Source of the DNA: Acholeplasmataceae bacterium
GTDB taxonomy: Bacteria > Bacillota_I > Bacilli_A > Acholeplasmatales > Acholeplasmataceae
Direction of reading: 5' to 3'
Assembly: GCA_963667565.1 (NCBI GenBank)
Contig: OY763415.1
Span: 160,001-224,000, forward strand
Length of the DNA stretch: 64,000 bases
Positions 51,138 through 59,848 of this stretch are shown one piece after another. Position numbers and translations under genes: made by a program. Below the pieces are notes generated by a model. That model made no database searches. It was not told where the DNA came from and saw only the letters and a list, made by a program, of their open reading frames with translations. The first letter of the stretch is position 1. Each line of letters begins with the position of its first letter.

Positions 51138-51779
51138 ATGATAAAAAATGATATGTTTAATAAAGTTTATAAAAAGTTTTTATTTATTCCTCTGATTGGC
51201 CCAATAATATGTTTCTTTATATTATTCTTCAATCAGTATAAGTATGCAAATTATAATCAAAAAAGAATTAATATTCTTGTTCTTATGGTTTTTTTGGTAA
51301 TTATAATAATTAATTTGAGTCTTTATACAATATATATTAATTTCATTAATAATCTGTATTTTTTGTATATTATTATTCCTTTAGTATTAATATTTTATTG
51401 GTATATCTTAGCAATGATATTCATTAAATATTATAATATATTGATACATTATAATATTAAACATAAAGAAAGATTAAATATAAAAACAGAAAAAAGTTTT
51501 AGAATTATGATGTTTGTTCCTCTACTAGGAGCTTTTCTTTCATTTGTAATATTATTTAATAATCATAAACAATATAGCAATTTTAATGTGGTTAAGTATT
51601 ATTTTTTCGTTGGATTAGTAGCAATTATTACTACGATTATTTTTATTCTGGTATTGATAATTATGAATACAATTTCTGAGGAAGTTTATTCGCTCATATT
51701 ACTGGTTTTGTGGATTTTACTATCTTGGATTTCAAGTGATTTAATATTTATAATATATTATAAGTCTTTAAAAATTTAG
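51138..51779 (+). CDS. Very AT-rich six-TM protein with internal duplication, possible orphan immunity protein
   Basis: RBS GGAG before ATG 51138; halves 'FIPLIGPIICFFILFFN' and 'FVPLLGAFLSFVILFNN'. Confidence 0.6.
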   Translation: MIKNDMFNKVYKKFLFIPLIGPIICFFILFFNQYKYANYNQKRINILVLMVFLVIIIINLSLYTIYINFINNLYFLYIIIPLVLIFYWYILAMIFIKYYNILIHYNIKHKERLNIKTEKSFRIMMFVPLLGAFLSFVILFNNHKQYSNFNVVKYYFFVGLVAIITTIIFILVLIIMNTISEEVYSLILLVLWILLSWISSDLIFIIYYKSLKI

Positions 51780-51887
51780 TTTGTTCAAATTGATAAATAT
51801 TGAGTTTATGTATATCAATTTATTAGAAATTTAACAATAATTTTTTTAAAAATTTGATGATTAAGTAAGATCTCTAGAGTATCGCGA

Positions 51888-51919
51888 GAGAACAATTAAT
51901 TCTATAAAAAAAGACATAT
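51888..51919 (+). repeat. 32-bp perfect direct repeat, copy 1
   Basis: GAGAACAATTAATTCTATAAAAAAAGACATAT, identical to 53460-53491. Confidence 0.92.
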
Positions 51920-51934
51920 CTAAAATCATATGTT

Positions 51935-53066
51935 GTAACATATGATCTTGCTGGGAATCCCTCATTAGAAGTCTTATTAATGAAGAAGATTGGCAGGTAT
52001 AAATTATTTAAATGATTCTACTGTGGATATAGCATATCGATATAACGATCAAGGTGTAAGAGTATCAAAAGAAACCAATACACATCAGTATGAGTACATT
52101 GTTGATGGATATTTAGTGCTTGTTGAAATCATTGATGGTACTAGCTATATCTATTATACATATGATGTTGATGGTACATTGATTAGTATGAATTACCAAG
52201 GTGTTGAGTATTACTATATGAGTAATTTCCAAGGTGACATCATTGGAATGATAGATGGATCAGGAAATATCGTGGTAAAATATAGTTATGATGCATGGGG
52301 AAATATTGTATATCAATGGACATCCGTTACTAACTTAGATCATATCAATCCATATCGATATAGAGGATATCGATATGACGTGGAAACAAACCTATATTAT
52401 TTAAATGCAAGATATTATGATCCATCAATAGCAAGATTTATATCAGCTGATGATGTAAGTCATGTAGCAGATGATCAAGCATCAAGTATTAACCTATATG
52501 CTTATTCATTAAACAATCCAGTGATGTATACAGACAGCACCGGATATATAATAGATACTATATTTGATGTTGCTTTTATATTGATAGATATTTACTTTTT
52601 AGCATCTAATGAAGGGTATAAAGATTGGAAAAATTGGGTCGCATTAGGAGTAGATATATTATTTGCAGCTATTCCTTTTGTAACTGGTGGAAGCCAAATT
52701 ATCAAACTTGCTAATATTGCTGATGGAATGAATGATTTATCAAAAGTTACGGTAGTAGGTGAAACAATGTCAAGGGTACGAATTGTATCCCAATTTGTCA
52801 ATGCAACAGATAATATATATGATGGGTTCAAAGCTTATAATGCTTTAGCTGATATGGGGCGACTTGGAAAAATTGGTGCAGAAATGTTTGGAAAAAGTAG
52901 TAATGCGATATGGTTATATAATAAACTTAGAAATGGATACAAAGTCGTTGATATTGGTATCGACTCAATGAGAACAATTAGAAGTGCAAGTTATATGCTT
53001 GAAAGGACAATTATATTTACATGGAAGACTAGAAATGCATGGAAAATGATTTATCATTTTGACTAA
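51935..53066 (+). pseudogene. 5'-truncated Rhs module 2 (open frame 51990-53066): YD repeats, core, PT-TG-like segment and unassigned toxin tip
   Basis: Out-of-frame remnant 'VTYDLAGNP' at 51935-51961, then TGA-'RRLAG' preceding the ORF; core motifs; 'NNPVMYTDSTG'; 'AAIPFVTGG'; tip 'VVGETMSRV...N..W...GY.VVDIG.D..R..RS..Y..E'. Confidence 0.8.
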
Positions 53067-53080
53067 TGAAAGGACTTTGT

Positions 53081-53443
53081 ATGAAGACAGAAACAATTAT
53101 TAGGAATCACTTAAGTTTTTTAGAAAATGATTTTGGATTAGTGTTTGAACTCATAAAGGACAAAGGCAGTACATATTCCTATAAAAACGAGTATGGAAAA
53201 TTTGAATATTATGAGTGGATGCAATTTGGTGAATCCAGATTCACCATATACTTTGATAATGAATGTAGAACAATTAATATGATTAATGAAGCGCCAAAAG
53301 ATATTGGAAAGTATAACCATGAGTTTAAAGGTATGAAAGTTTTATTCAAAGATAGAAGAGAACAGTATTGGCAAATTATTGAAACAATAGTAAGAAAAAA
53401 TATTAATGATTCTGGAACGCTTTTTGGATTAAAATTGAAATAA
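53081..53443 (+). CDS. Putative cognate immunity protein of Rhs module 2 (alternative start 53066)
   Basis: Small ORF abutting the toxin stop (TAATG overlap at 53064-68); RBS AAGGA before 53081. Confidence 0.65.
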   Translation: MKTETIIRNHLSFLENDFGLVFELIKDKGSTYSYKNEYGKFEYYEWMQFGESRFTIYFDNECRTINMINEAPKDIGKYNHEFKGMKVLFKDRREQYWQIIETIVRKNINDSGTLFGLKLK

Positions 53444-53459
53444 TAGAAGATTATCAAGC

Positions 53460-53491
53460 GAGAACAATTAATTCTATAAAAAAAGACATAT
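53460..53491 (+). repeat. 32-bp perfect direct repeat, copy 2, overlapping the hairpin at the pepT 3' end
   Basis: Identical to 51888-51919; continues into AAAAAGACA-t-ATTAGA...TCTAAT-t-TGTCTTTTT hairpin. Confidence 0.92.
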
Positions 53492-53502
53492 TAGAAATAT
53501 AT

Positions 53503-54729
53503 CTAATTTGTCTTTTTATTTGCATTTAGTTTAATGATTTCTTTATATATCTCTACAGCTTTTTCCATTTGGTTGATAGATGCAAACTCTAATCTTCCAT
53601 GGAATTGATATCCACCAGTACCTAAATTAGGACAAATAAGCCCATCATAAGTGAGTCTTGCTCCATCTGTTCCACCTCTAATAGGTTCAATTTCAGGAGC
53701 GAGTCCACAATTTTTAGTGGCTTCAACAGCTAAATCAATGACTTCCATATGATCTTTGATGATATCATACATATTATAATAACTATCTTCTATATTTACT
53801 TGAACAGCATCATATCCCATACGTTCATTCATAAATTTAGCAATTTTTGTAAATTCTTGTTTTTGTGATTCAAATAACGCTTTATCATGATTTCTTACAA
53901 TATAATGACTTTTAGCCATTTCAACCTCGCCTTTTAATCCTGTAAGATGATTGAATCCTTCATAGTTTTCAGTAAATGCAGGATTTAAGAAAACAGGAAG
54001 AAGTGAATGAAATTCCATCGCTAAATGTAGTGCATTGATTAATTTGTTTTTAGCAGATCCTGGATGAATACTCTTTCCTATAAATGTAAGGGACACAGAA
54101 GCAGCATTGAAATTTTCATATTCAATACCACCAACTTCACTGCCATCTGCAGTATAAGCAAAATCAGCCTTAAAATAATCAAAATCAAAACGATCTGCAC
54201 CTTGCCCGATTTCTTCATCAGGTGTGAAGCATATATAAATGTCTCCATGTTTTTCATTTGGGTTTTCGGTGTAATACTTTGCGAGTTCCATAATTTCAGC
54301 GACACCACATTTATCATCAGCACCTAATAAAGTATTGCCATCAGTCACGATGATATCATCACCAATGACTCTACTTAAACTAGGAAATTGATCGGGATGC
54401 ATGGATAAACTCTCATTTAATATTATCTTAGAACCATCATACGATTTAATAATTCTTGGATTAACATTTGCTCCAGGTGCATCAGGAGAAGTGTCCACGT
54501 GTGCAATAAAACCAATAGCTTTCACATTTTCTATATTTTTATTTATTTTAGTATAGACATAACCATCTTTATCTAAAAATGCATCTAACCCAAAACCTTT
54601 TAACTCTTCAACTAACAAACGACTAAGGTTTTTTTGTTTTTCTGTTGAAGGAAAAGTATCTGATTCATGATCTGATTGTGTATCTATTTTTACATATCTT
54701 ATAAATCTTTCTATTAATGAATTCATCAT
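53503..54729 (-). CDS. pepT: Peptidase T; on the MINUS strand (track label wrong)
   Basis: Plus strand starts CTAATTTGT (reverse complement ACA AAT TAG) and ends CATCAT with CTCCTTT (RBS) beyond; 'RFIRYVKIDTQSD', 'AHVDTSPD', 'LGADDK', 'TPDEEIG', 'IRGGTDGARL'. Confidence 0.97.
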   Translation of the reverse strand: MMNSLIERFIRYVKIDTQSDHESDTFPSTEKQKNLSRLLVEELKGFGLDAFLDKDGYVYTKINKNIENVKAIGFIAHVDTSPDAPGANVNPRIIKSYDGSKIILNESLSMHPDQFPSLSRVIGDDIIVTDGNTLLGADDKCGVAEIMELAKYYTENPNEKHGDIYICFTPDEEIGQGADRFDFDYFKADFAYTADGSEVGGIEYENFNAASVSLTFIGKSIHPGSAKNKLINALHLAMEFHSLLPVFLNPAFTENYEGFNHLTGLKGEVEMAKSHYIVRNHDKALFESQKQEFTKIAKFMNERMGYDAVQVNIEDSYYNMYDIIKDHMEVIDLAVEATKNCGLAPEIEPIRGGTDGARLTYDGLICPNLGTGGYQFHGRLEFASINQMEKAVEIYKEIIKLNANKKTN

Positions 54730-54770
54730 TTAGCTCCTTTTATTGATTTCTATCAATTATTATACAACAA

Positions 54771-54902
54771 ATTAATAAAATTTAACATGGATATTAATAA
54801 AATTAAGTTCAAAATTAATAAAATTAAGTTTTTATTGAAAAAAGTGTTGACAAATCAATTTTAAATAAATATAATTAAGGTGTAAGTTAAAAAAATTAAG
54901 TT
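54771..54902 (+). promoter_or_regulatory. Four copies of a 17-bp direct repeat around a consensus promoter
   Basis: ATTAATAAAATTAAGTT exact at 54793 and 54814, variants at 54771 and 54886; TTGACA (54847)-17 nt-TATAAT (54870). Confidence 0.75.
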
Positions 54903-54915
54903 TTCGGGTGATATT

Positions 54916-55269
54916 ATGAAAAGATTTGAAGTGTTAAATCAATTGAATGAACACAAATTATCAACAACTCGAGCATATAAGTTGTTATATGGGCATCAAT
55001 TTAAGATGAAAAAAGCACATTTTGTCAAATTAAGAATCACAATTAAAGATGAGAAGAAGGTCACAGCATTTTTAAAATTTCTATTCTTATTTCCTATACC
55101 ACTCTTCCTTGTCAAAATCTTTATAAAGATTGCGACGAAAAAAGGAAAAGGAAATATGGATAAGATACCACTTTCAACAAACGAATTGATTGAACTTGCT
55201 TCTTATAGAGGGTTATTAGTCAATGTCGATGCGCACGACGATGCTAATATATTGATTAAAACAATATAA
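54916..55269 (+). CDS. Hypothetical protein, probable paralogue of 55804..56196 (SHOCT-like N-terminus)
   Basis: 'RFEVLNQLNEHKLSTTRAYKLL'; C-terminus 'LLVNVDAHDDANILI' resembles 'EIVNIESADGDTVKI'. Confidence 0.65.
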   Translation: MKRFEVLNQLNEHKLSTTRAYKLLYGHQFKMKKAHFVKLRITIKDEKKVTAFLKFLFLFPIPLFLVKIFIKIATKKGKGNMDKIPLSTNELIELASYRGLLVNVDAHDDANILIKTI

Positions 55270-55283
55270 AGGAGATGAAAATC

Positions 55284-55361
55284 ATGTTCGCTGAATGCAT
55301 GTGTCTAAAAAGAAAGAGAAGATATTATCAGTGGCTAATCACATTGAAACAGTCATTATAA
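55284..55361 (+). CDS. Unannotated 25-aa ORF MFAECMCLKRKRRYYQWLITLKQSL
   Basis: Strong RBS AAAGGAG 9 nt before the ATG; fills the gap between two operon genes; stop lies just before the next RBS. Confidence 0.6.
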   Translation: MFAECMCLKRKRRYYQWLITLKQSL

Positions 55362-55379
55362 CAAAAGGAGAATATATAT

Positions 55380-55793
55380 ATGAAAGCTAAATATCCAGTT
55401 ATTTCCACTTGTCCAGTATGTAATCACGAATTAAAAGTTGTTAAACTTGAATGTGATCATTGTGGGACAGCAATTGAAGGAGATTTCACATTATCAAAAT
55501 TTAATTATATGAATCAAGAAAAATTATATTTTATTGAAATCTTTATTAAAAATAGAGGTAACATCAAAGCGATTGAAAAAGAGCTAAATATCAGTTATCC
55601 AACAGTTAAAAAGATGTTAGATGATGTAATTAATGAATTAGGTTATGATGCAGATTTGGATTTTGATCAAAAAGAAGACGAAGCTGAAGTAGTCAACGAA
55701 AAAATTCAATCAAAGGCAGAAGTTGTAAAAAAGTTAAAAAACAAAGAAATCAGCGCTCTAGAAGCCGTTGAATTATTAAAGAAAATTAAGTAG
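55380..55793 (+). CDS. DUF2089-family Zn-ribbon + HTH putative regulator
   Basis: 'CPVC...L.C.HC.T.IEG.F', 'FIKNRGNIKAIEKELNISYPTVK..LD'; C-terminal SHOCT-like helix pair. Confidence 0.88.
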   Translation: MKAKYPVISTCPVCNHELKVVKLECDHCGTAIEGDFTLSKFNYMNQEKLYFIEIFIKNRGNIKAIEKELNISYPTVKKMLDDVINELGYDADLDFDQKEDEAEVVNEKIQSKAEVVKKLKNKEISALEAVELLKKIK

Positions 55794-55803
55794 AGGTGAA
55801 ATC

Positions 55804-56196
55804 ATGGGTAAAGATCAATTAAAAGAAGAAAGAATGCACATTCTTGAAATGTTAAAAGATGGTACAATAAACGCTTCAGAAGCTGAAAGTTTATTAAATG
55901 CATTGGGAGAAGAAAAACAAAGTTTTTCTCAAGAAATCATTTTAGATAAACCTAAAAAAGGTGGATCATTTAAGATGTTAAAAATCTTAGTTGATTCTGA
56001 AGATGGCGACAAAGTTAGAGTTCAAATTCCTGTTGAATTTGCTAAACTATTAAAAACTGCTAAATTTAACTCAAAAGTTGAAGGTTTAGATATTGATGTT
56101 GATGCTATTGTAGAGATGGTAACAAACGGTGTTGAAGGTGAAATTGTAAACATCGAATCAGCAGATGGTGACACAGTTAAAATCTTTGTTGAATAA
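55804..56196 (+). CDS. SHOCT-like domain protein (YvlB N-terminus-like)
   Basis: 'EERMHILEMLKDGTINASEAESLLNAL'; typical neighbour of DUF2089. Confidence 0.8.
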   Translation: MGKDQLKEERMHILEMLKDGTINASEAESLLNALGEEKQSFSQEIILDKPKKGGSFKMLKILVDSEDGDKVRVQIPVEFAKLLKTAKFNSKVEGLDIDVDAIVEMVTNGVEGEIVNIESADGDTVKIFVE

Positions 56197-56205
56197 GCAA
56201 CTTAA

Positions 56206-56234
56206 ATAAAAACGTTATATTCTAACGTTTTTAT
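56206..56234 (+). terminator. Intrinsic terminator
   Basis: ATAAAAACGTTA-tattc-TAACGTTTTTAT. Confidence 0.7.
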
Positions 56235-56293
56235 TCGTATAATATAAACTTTTATATTATAATATAAAGTATTAGAACGGTGGGTATTAAGAC

Positions 56294-58057
56294 ATGTTGT
56301 TTAGAAAGCATTTTAAAAAGTTTTATTTAAGGTATTTTATATTTTTCCTTATTGGTATTGCAGTTTTAGTCACAATCGACTATTTACAACTAAACATACC
56401 AATGTATATAGGAGGAATCATTGATAGCCTTAAATTAGATGTTCCAGATACTCTATATATCACAAATGCGATCAAATCGATTGCAATATTATCAGCGATC
56501 ATCATGGTTGGTCGCTTTTTGTGGCGTTATACAGTTTTTGGGGCTTCAAGAAGAATTGAATCTGATTTAAGAAATGAAATGTTTGAGCATGCGACAAAGC
56601 TCTCACAATCTTTTTATAACCAAGAAAAGGTTGGAGGACTCATGACATATTTTATCAATGATTTAGAAGCGGTTAGACAATCATATGGCCGTGGGATATT
56701 AATGTTAGTTGATGGATTAGCACTGGGAAGTATCGCTCTTTATCATATGGCTTCTATGAATTCTAGATTAACGATTATTGCTGCAATCCCTATGGCGATT
56801 TTAACTGTACTTATGGTATTTATTAGAAAAGTACTTCATAAGAAGTTTAAAGAAAGACAAGAAGCATTTGAAGATTTGAGTGATTTCACACAAGAAAATT
56901 TCTCTGGTATCAGAGTCATTAAAGCTTTTGTTAGAGAGATTAAAGAATATATGTTTTTCCAAAAGAAAAACGAAGCATTTTATGATAAACAAATCAAGTT
57001 TGTTAAATCAATGGTCTTTATTAATATTATGATTGGTTTAGCACTTAATTTTGTGATCCTATTTATTGTTGTATTTGGTAGTTATTTAGTGATTGATGCG
57101 AACAATGTAGGGTTTACTGCTGGTGATTTATCTGCATATATTGCATATTTCTTATCACTTATTTGGCCTGTCATGGCATTATCACAATTTGTTGCTATCC
57201 AAGGACAAGCAACCGCAAGTGCTGAAAGATTAGGCAAATTTTTGGATACAGAAGTAGAAATTAAAGATGGTCAAGATTTAGATGATGTCACATCTCTAAA
57301 TTCAAGCATTGAAGCAAGAAATTTGACATTTAAATATCCTGATGGTGAAGAAAATGTTTTAAATGGCATTTCATTTAAGATTAAAGCTGGTGAAATGGTT
57401 GGTATTTTAGGTAGAACCGGTAGTGGTAAATCATCTCTTGTTGATCTACTCTTAAGAATTTATAACATAGAAGAAAATCAACTCTATATTGGTGGTCACG
57501 ATATCATGAAGTTACCTTTAAAACAAGTTAGACATACAATTGGCTATGTACCACAAGATAATTTCTTGTTTTCTACAACTATTAAAGAAAATATTGGGTT
57601 TTCTCATGATGAACTTTATTTAGAAGAGGTAGAGAAAGCAGCAAAACTTTCAGATGTTTATGAAAACATTGTGGAATTTACAGATGGATTTGATACGGTT
57701 TTAGGTGAACGTGGAGTTACAGTCTCAGGTGGCCAAAAACAAAGAATTAGCATTGCACGAGCACTTGCTAAAAATCCTGAGATTTTAATCTTAGATGACT
57801 CTGTTTCTGCTGTAGATACAAAGACTGAAGATGCGATTATTAAAAATCTTCATAAAGTAAGAAAAGGTAAAACAACCATCTTTATTGCACATCGTATTTC
57901 TACAGTTAAGAAGATGGATAAAATTATTTTATTAGAAGATGGAAAAGTCGTTGCAGTAGGTAATCATAAAGAATTACTTGAAACATCACCACTTTATAGT
58001 GATATGGTTAAGCGTCAACAACTTGAGACGCTTGTGGAAGGTGGTGGCAATCGATGA
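56294..58057 (+). CDS. Multidrug-type ABC exporter subunit (YheI/MdlA-like)
   Basis: GRTGSGKS, VSGGQKQR, degenerate 'ILDDSVSAVD'. Confidence 0.92.
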   Translation: MLFRKHFKKFYLRYFIFFLIGIAVLVTIDYLQLNIPMYIGGIIDSLKLDVPDTLYITNAIKSIAILSAIIMVGRFLWRYTVFGASRRIESDLRNEMFEHATKLSQSFYNQEKVGGLMTYFINDLEAVRQSYGRGILMLVDGLALGSIALYHMASMNSRLTIIAAIPMAILTVLMVFIRKVLHKKFKERQEAFEDLSDFTQENFSGIRVIKAFVREIKEYMFFQKKNEAFYDKQIKFVKSMVFINIMIGLALNFVILFIVVFGSYLVIDANNVGFTAGDLSAYIAYFLSLIWPVMALSQFVAIQGQATASAERLGKFLDTEVEIKDGQDLDDVTSLNSSIEARNLTFKYPDGEENVLNGISFKIKAGEMVGILGRTGSGKSSLVDLLLRIYNIEENQLYIGGHDIMKLPLKQVRHTIGYVPQDNFLFSTTIKENIGFSHDELYLEEVEKAAKLSDVYENIVEFTDGFDTVLGERGVTVSGGQKQRISIARALAKNPEILILDDSVSAVDTKTEDAIIKNLHKVRKGKTTIFIAHRISTVKKMDKIILLEDGKVVAVGNHKELLETSPLYSDMVKRQQLETLVEGGGNR

Positions 58058-59847
58058 AAGATTTTAAGGATAATACAAGGGATCGTAGTGATAAAGAAGT
58101 ACTTATTCGGTTATTTAGCTACATGAAGCCATTTTATAAAGAATTAATTGTGATCTTTATATTAATGTTTATAGCAGTTGGTGTACAATTACTACCTTCA
58201 TTACTCCTTGGTTTAACCATTGATAATGTAGGTTCAGATTTAGATAGAGCAACTAAAATTACACGAATGATTTATTTAAGTGCAGCATTTGTTGTTCTCA
58301 TGATTGGTGGTAATGTGATTGGATATATTGAAAGCATCATGTTACAAAAAGTGGGACAAAAAACAGTTGTTAATTTAAGAAATGATATCTTTAATCACAT
58401 TGAAAATTTATCAATTGAACAAATTAACGAATTACCTGTAGGTAAGCTTGTGACAAGAGTGACTAATGATACGAATGCGATTAGTGAAATGTATACCAAT
58501 GTTTCAGTTAATTTAATAAGAAATCTACTTTACTTAGTAGGTATATTAATCGTTATTATGATTATCAATATCAAAATGGCACTTGTTGTTGTTGTTGCAA
58601 TTCCAGTAGTTCTTGGCGCAAGTGCGATTTTTAGAAAATATTCAAGATCAACATATCGCCAAATCAGATCAAATGTTGCAGAAGTAAATGCATTTTTATC
58701 TGAAAACTTATCAGGTATGAAAGTAACTCAAATTTTTAATCAAGAAGATAAAAAAGTAAGTGAGTTTAAAGATAGAAATCAAACTTTAAGAAAAAGTTAT
58801 TTACGTGAAATCTTAGTTTTTGGGATTTATAGACCCTCAATTTATGGTATTTCTGCTGTTGCTGTTGTGATTACATTACTATTAGGTTACCAAAGTGTTA
58901 TCGCAGGTGTGATGACAGCTGGATTCTTATTTAGTTTTTATTCATATGTTTCAGATTTCTTTCAACCCATCCAAGAAATTGCTGAGCAGTTTAACAGTCT
59001 TCAAAATGCTTTTGCAAGTGCAGAGAAAATATTTGATGTCTTAGATACTAAACCAGCGATTACTGATAAAGAAGGTGCTATTGAATTAGAAACATTTAGT
59101 GGTTCAATAGAATTTAGAGATGTTTGGTTCTCATATATTCCTGATGAATGGGTATTAAAAGGTATTAGTTTTAAAGTAGATCCAGGAGACACGGTTGCTT
59201 TTGTTGGTGCTACTGGTTCAGGTAAGACAACGATATTAAGTTTAATTGTTAGAAATTATGAGATTCAAAAAGGTCAGATTTTAATTGATGGTGTTGATAT
59301 TAGAGATATCAAACGTTCATCCCTTAGAAAACATATTGGACAAATGCTACAAGATGTCTTCTTGTTTAGTGGATCCATAAAGCAAAACATCTCTTTAAGT
59401 AATGAAGAAATTACCGATGAAGAAATTAAAGCAGCATCTGAATATGTTGGTGCAAATACATTTATTGACAAACTTCCTGACGGATATGATCATGTCGTGT
59501 TAGAAAGAGGAAATAATTTCTCAAGTGGTCAAAGACAATTGATTTCATTTGCAAGAGCTTTAGTGTATAAACCATCGCTAATGATTTTAGATGAAGCAAC
59601 TGCAAACATCGACTCAGAAACTGAAGAGCTTATTCAAGAGTCTTTAGAGAAGATGATGAACATTTCAACGATGCTTATCGTTGCTCACCGTTTATCAACA
59701 ATTCAACATAGTGATAAGATCATAGTCATGCAAAAAGGTGAAATCAAAGAGATGGGAAGTCATCAAGCATTACTACAAAATAAAGGGTTATATTATCATT
59801 TATATCAATTACAATATGATGAATCACCCATTGAAGAAGGAGAATAA
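58054..59847 (+). CDS. Multidrug-type ABC exporter partner subunit (YheH/MdlB-like)
   Basis: 'VGKLVTRVTND', GATGSGKT, FSSGQRQ, 'LDEATANID'; ATGA overlap. Confidence 0.92.
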   Translation: MKDFKDNTRDRSDKEVLIRLFSYMKPFYKELIVIFILMFIAVGVQLLPSLLLGLTIDNVGSDLDRATKITRMIYLSAAFVVLMIGGNVIGYIESIMLQKVGQKTVVNLRNDIFNHIENLSIEQINELPVGKLVTRVTNDTNAISEMYTNVSVNLIRNLLYLVGILIVIMIINIKMALVVVVAIPVVLGASAIFRKYSRSTYRQIRSNVAEVNAFLSENLSGMKVTQIFNQEDKKVSEFKDRNQTLRKSYLREILVFGIYRPSIYGISAVAVVITLLLGYQSVIAGVMTAGFLFSFYSYVSDFFQPIQEIAEQFNSLQNAFASAEKIFDVLDTKPAITDKEGAIELETFSGSIEFRDVWFSYIPDEWVLKGISFKVDPGDTVAFVGATGSGKTTILSLIVRNYEIQKGQILIDGVDIRDIKRSSLRKHIGQMLQDVFLFSGSIKQNISLSNEEITDEEIKAASEYVGANTFIDKLPDGYDHVVLERGNNFSSGQRQLISFARALVYKPSLMILDEATANIDSETEELIQESLEKMMNISTMLIVAHRLSTIQHSDKIIVMQKGEIKEMGSHQALLQNKGLYYHLYQLQYDESPIEEGE

Positions 59848-59848
59848 A

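Noticed and set aside
53503..54729. ORF track strand '+' for pepT
   Set aside because: The protein is encoded on the reverse complement, with stop at 53503-05 and RBS beyond 54729.
54771..54830. Possible CRISPR array or replication iterons
   Set aside because: Repeats are separated by only 4-5 nt, with no spacers and no cas or rep gene nearby; operator reading fits better.
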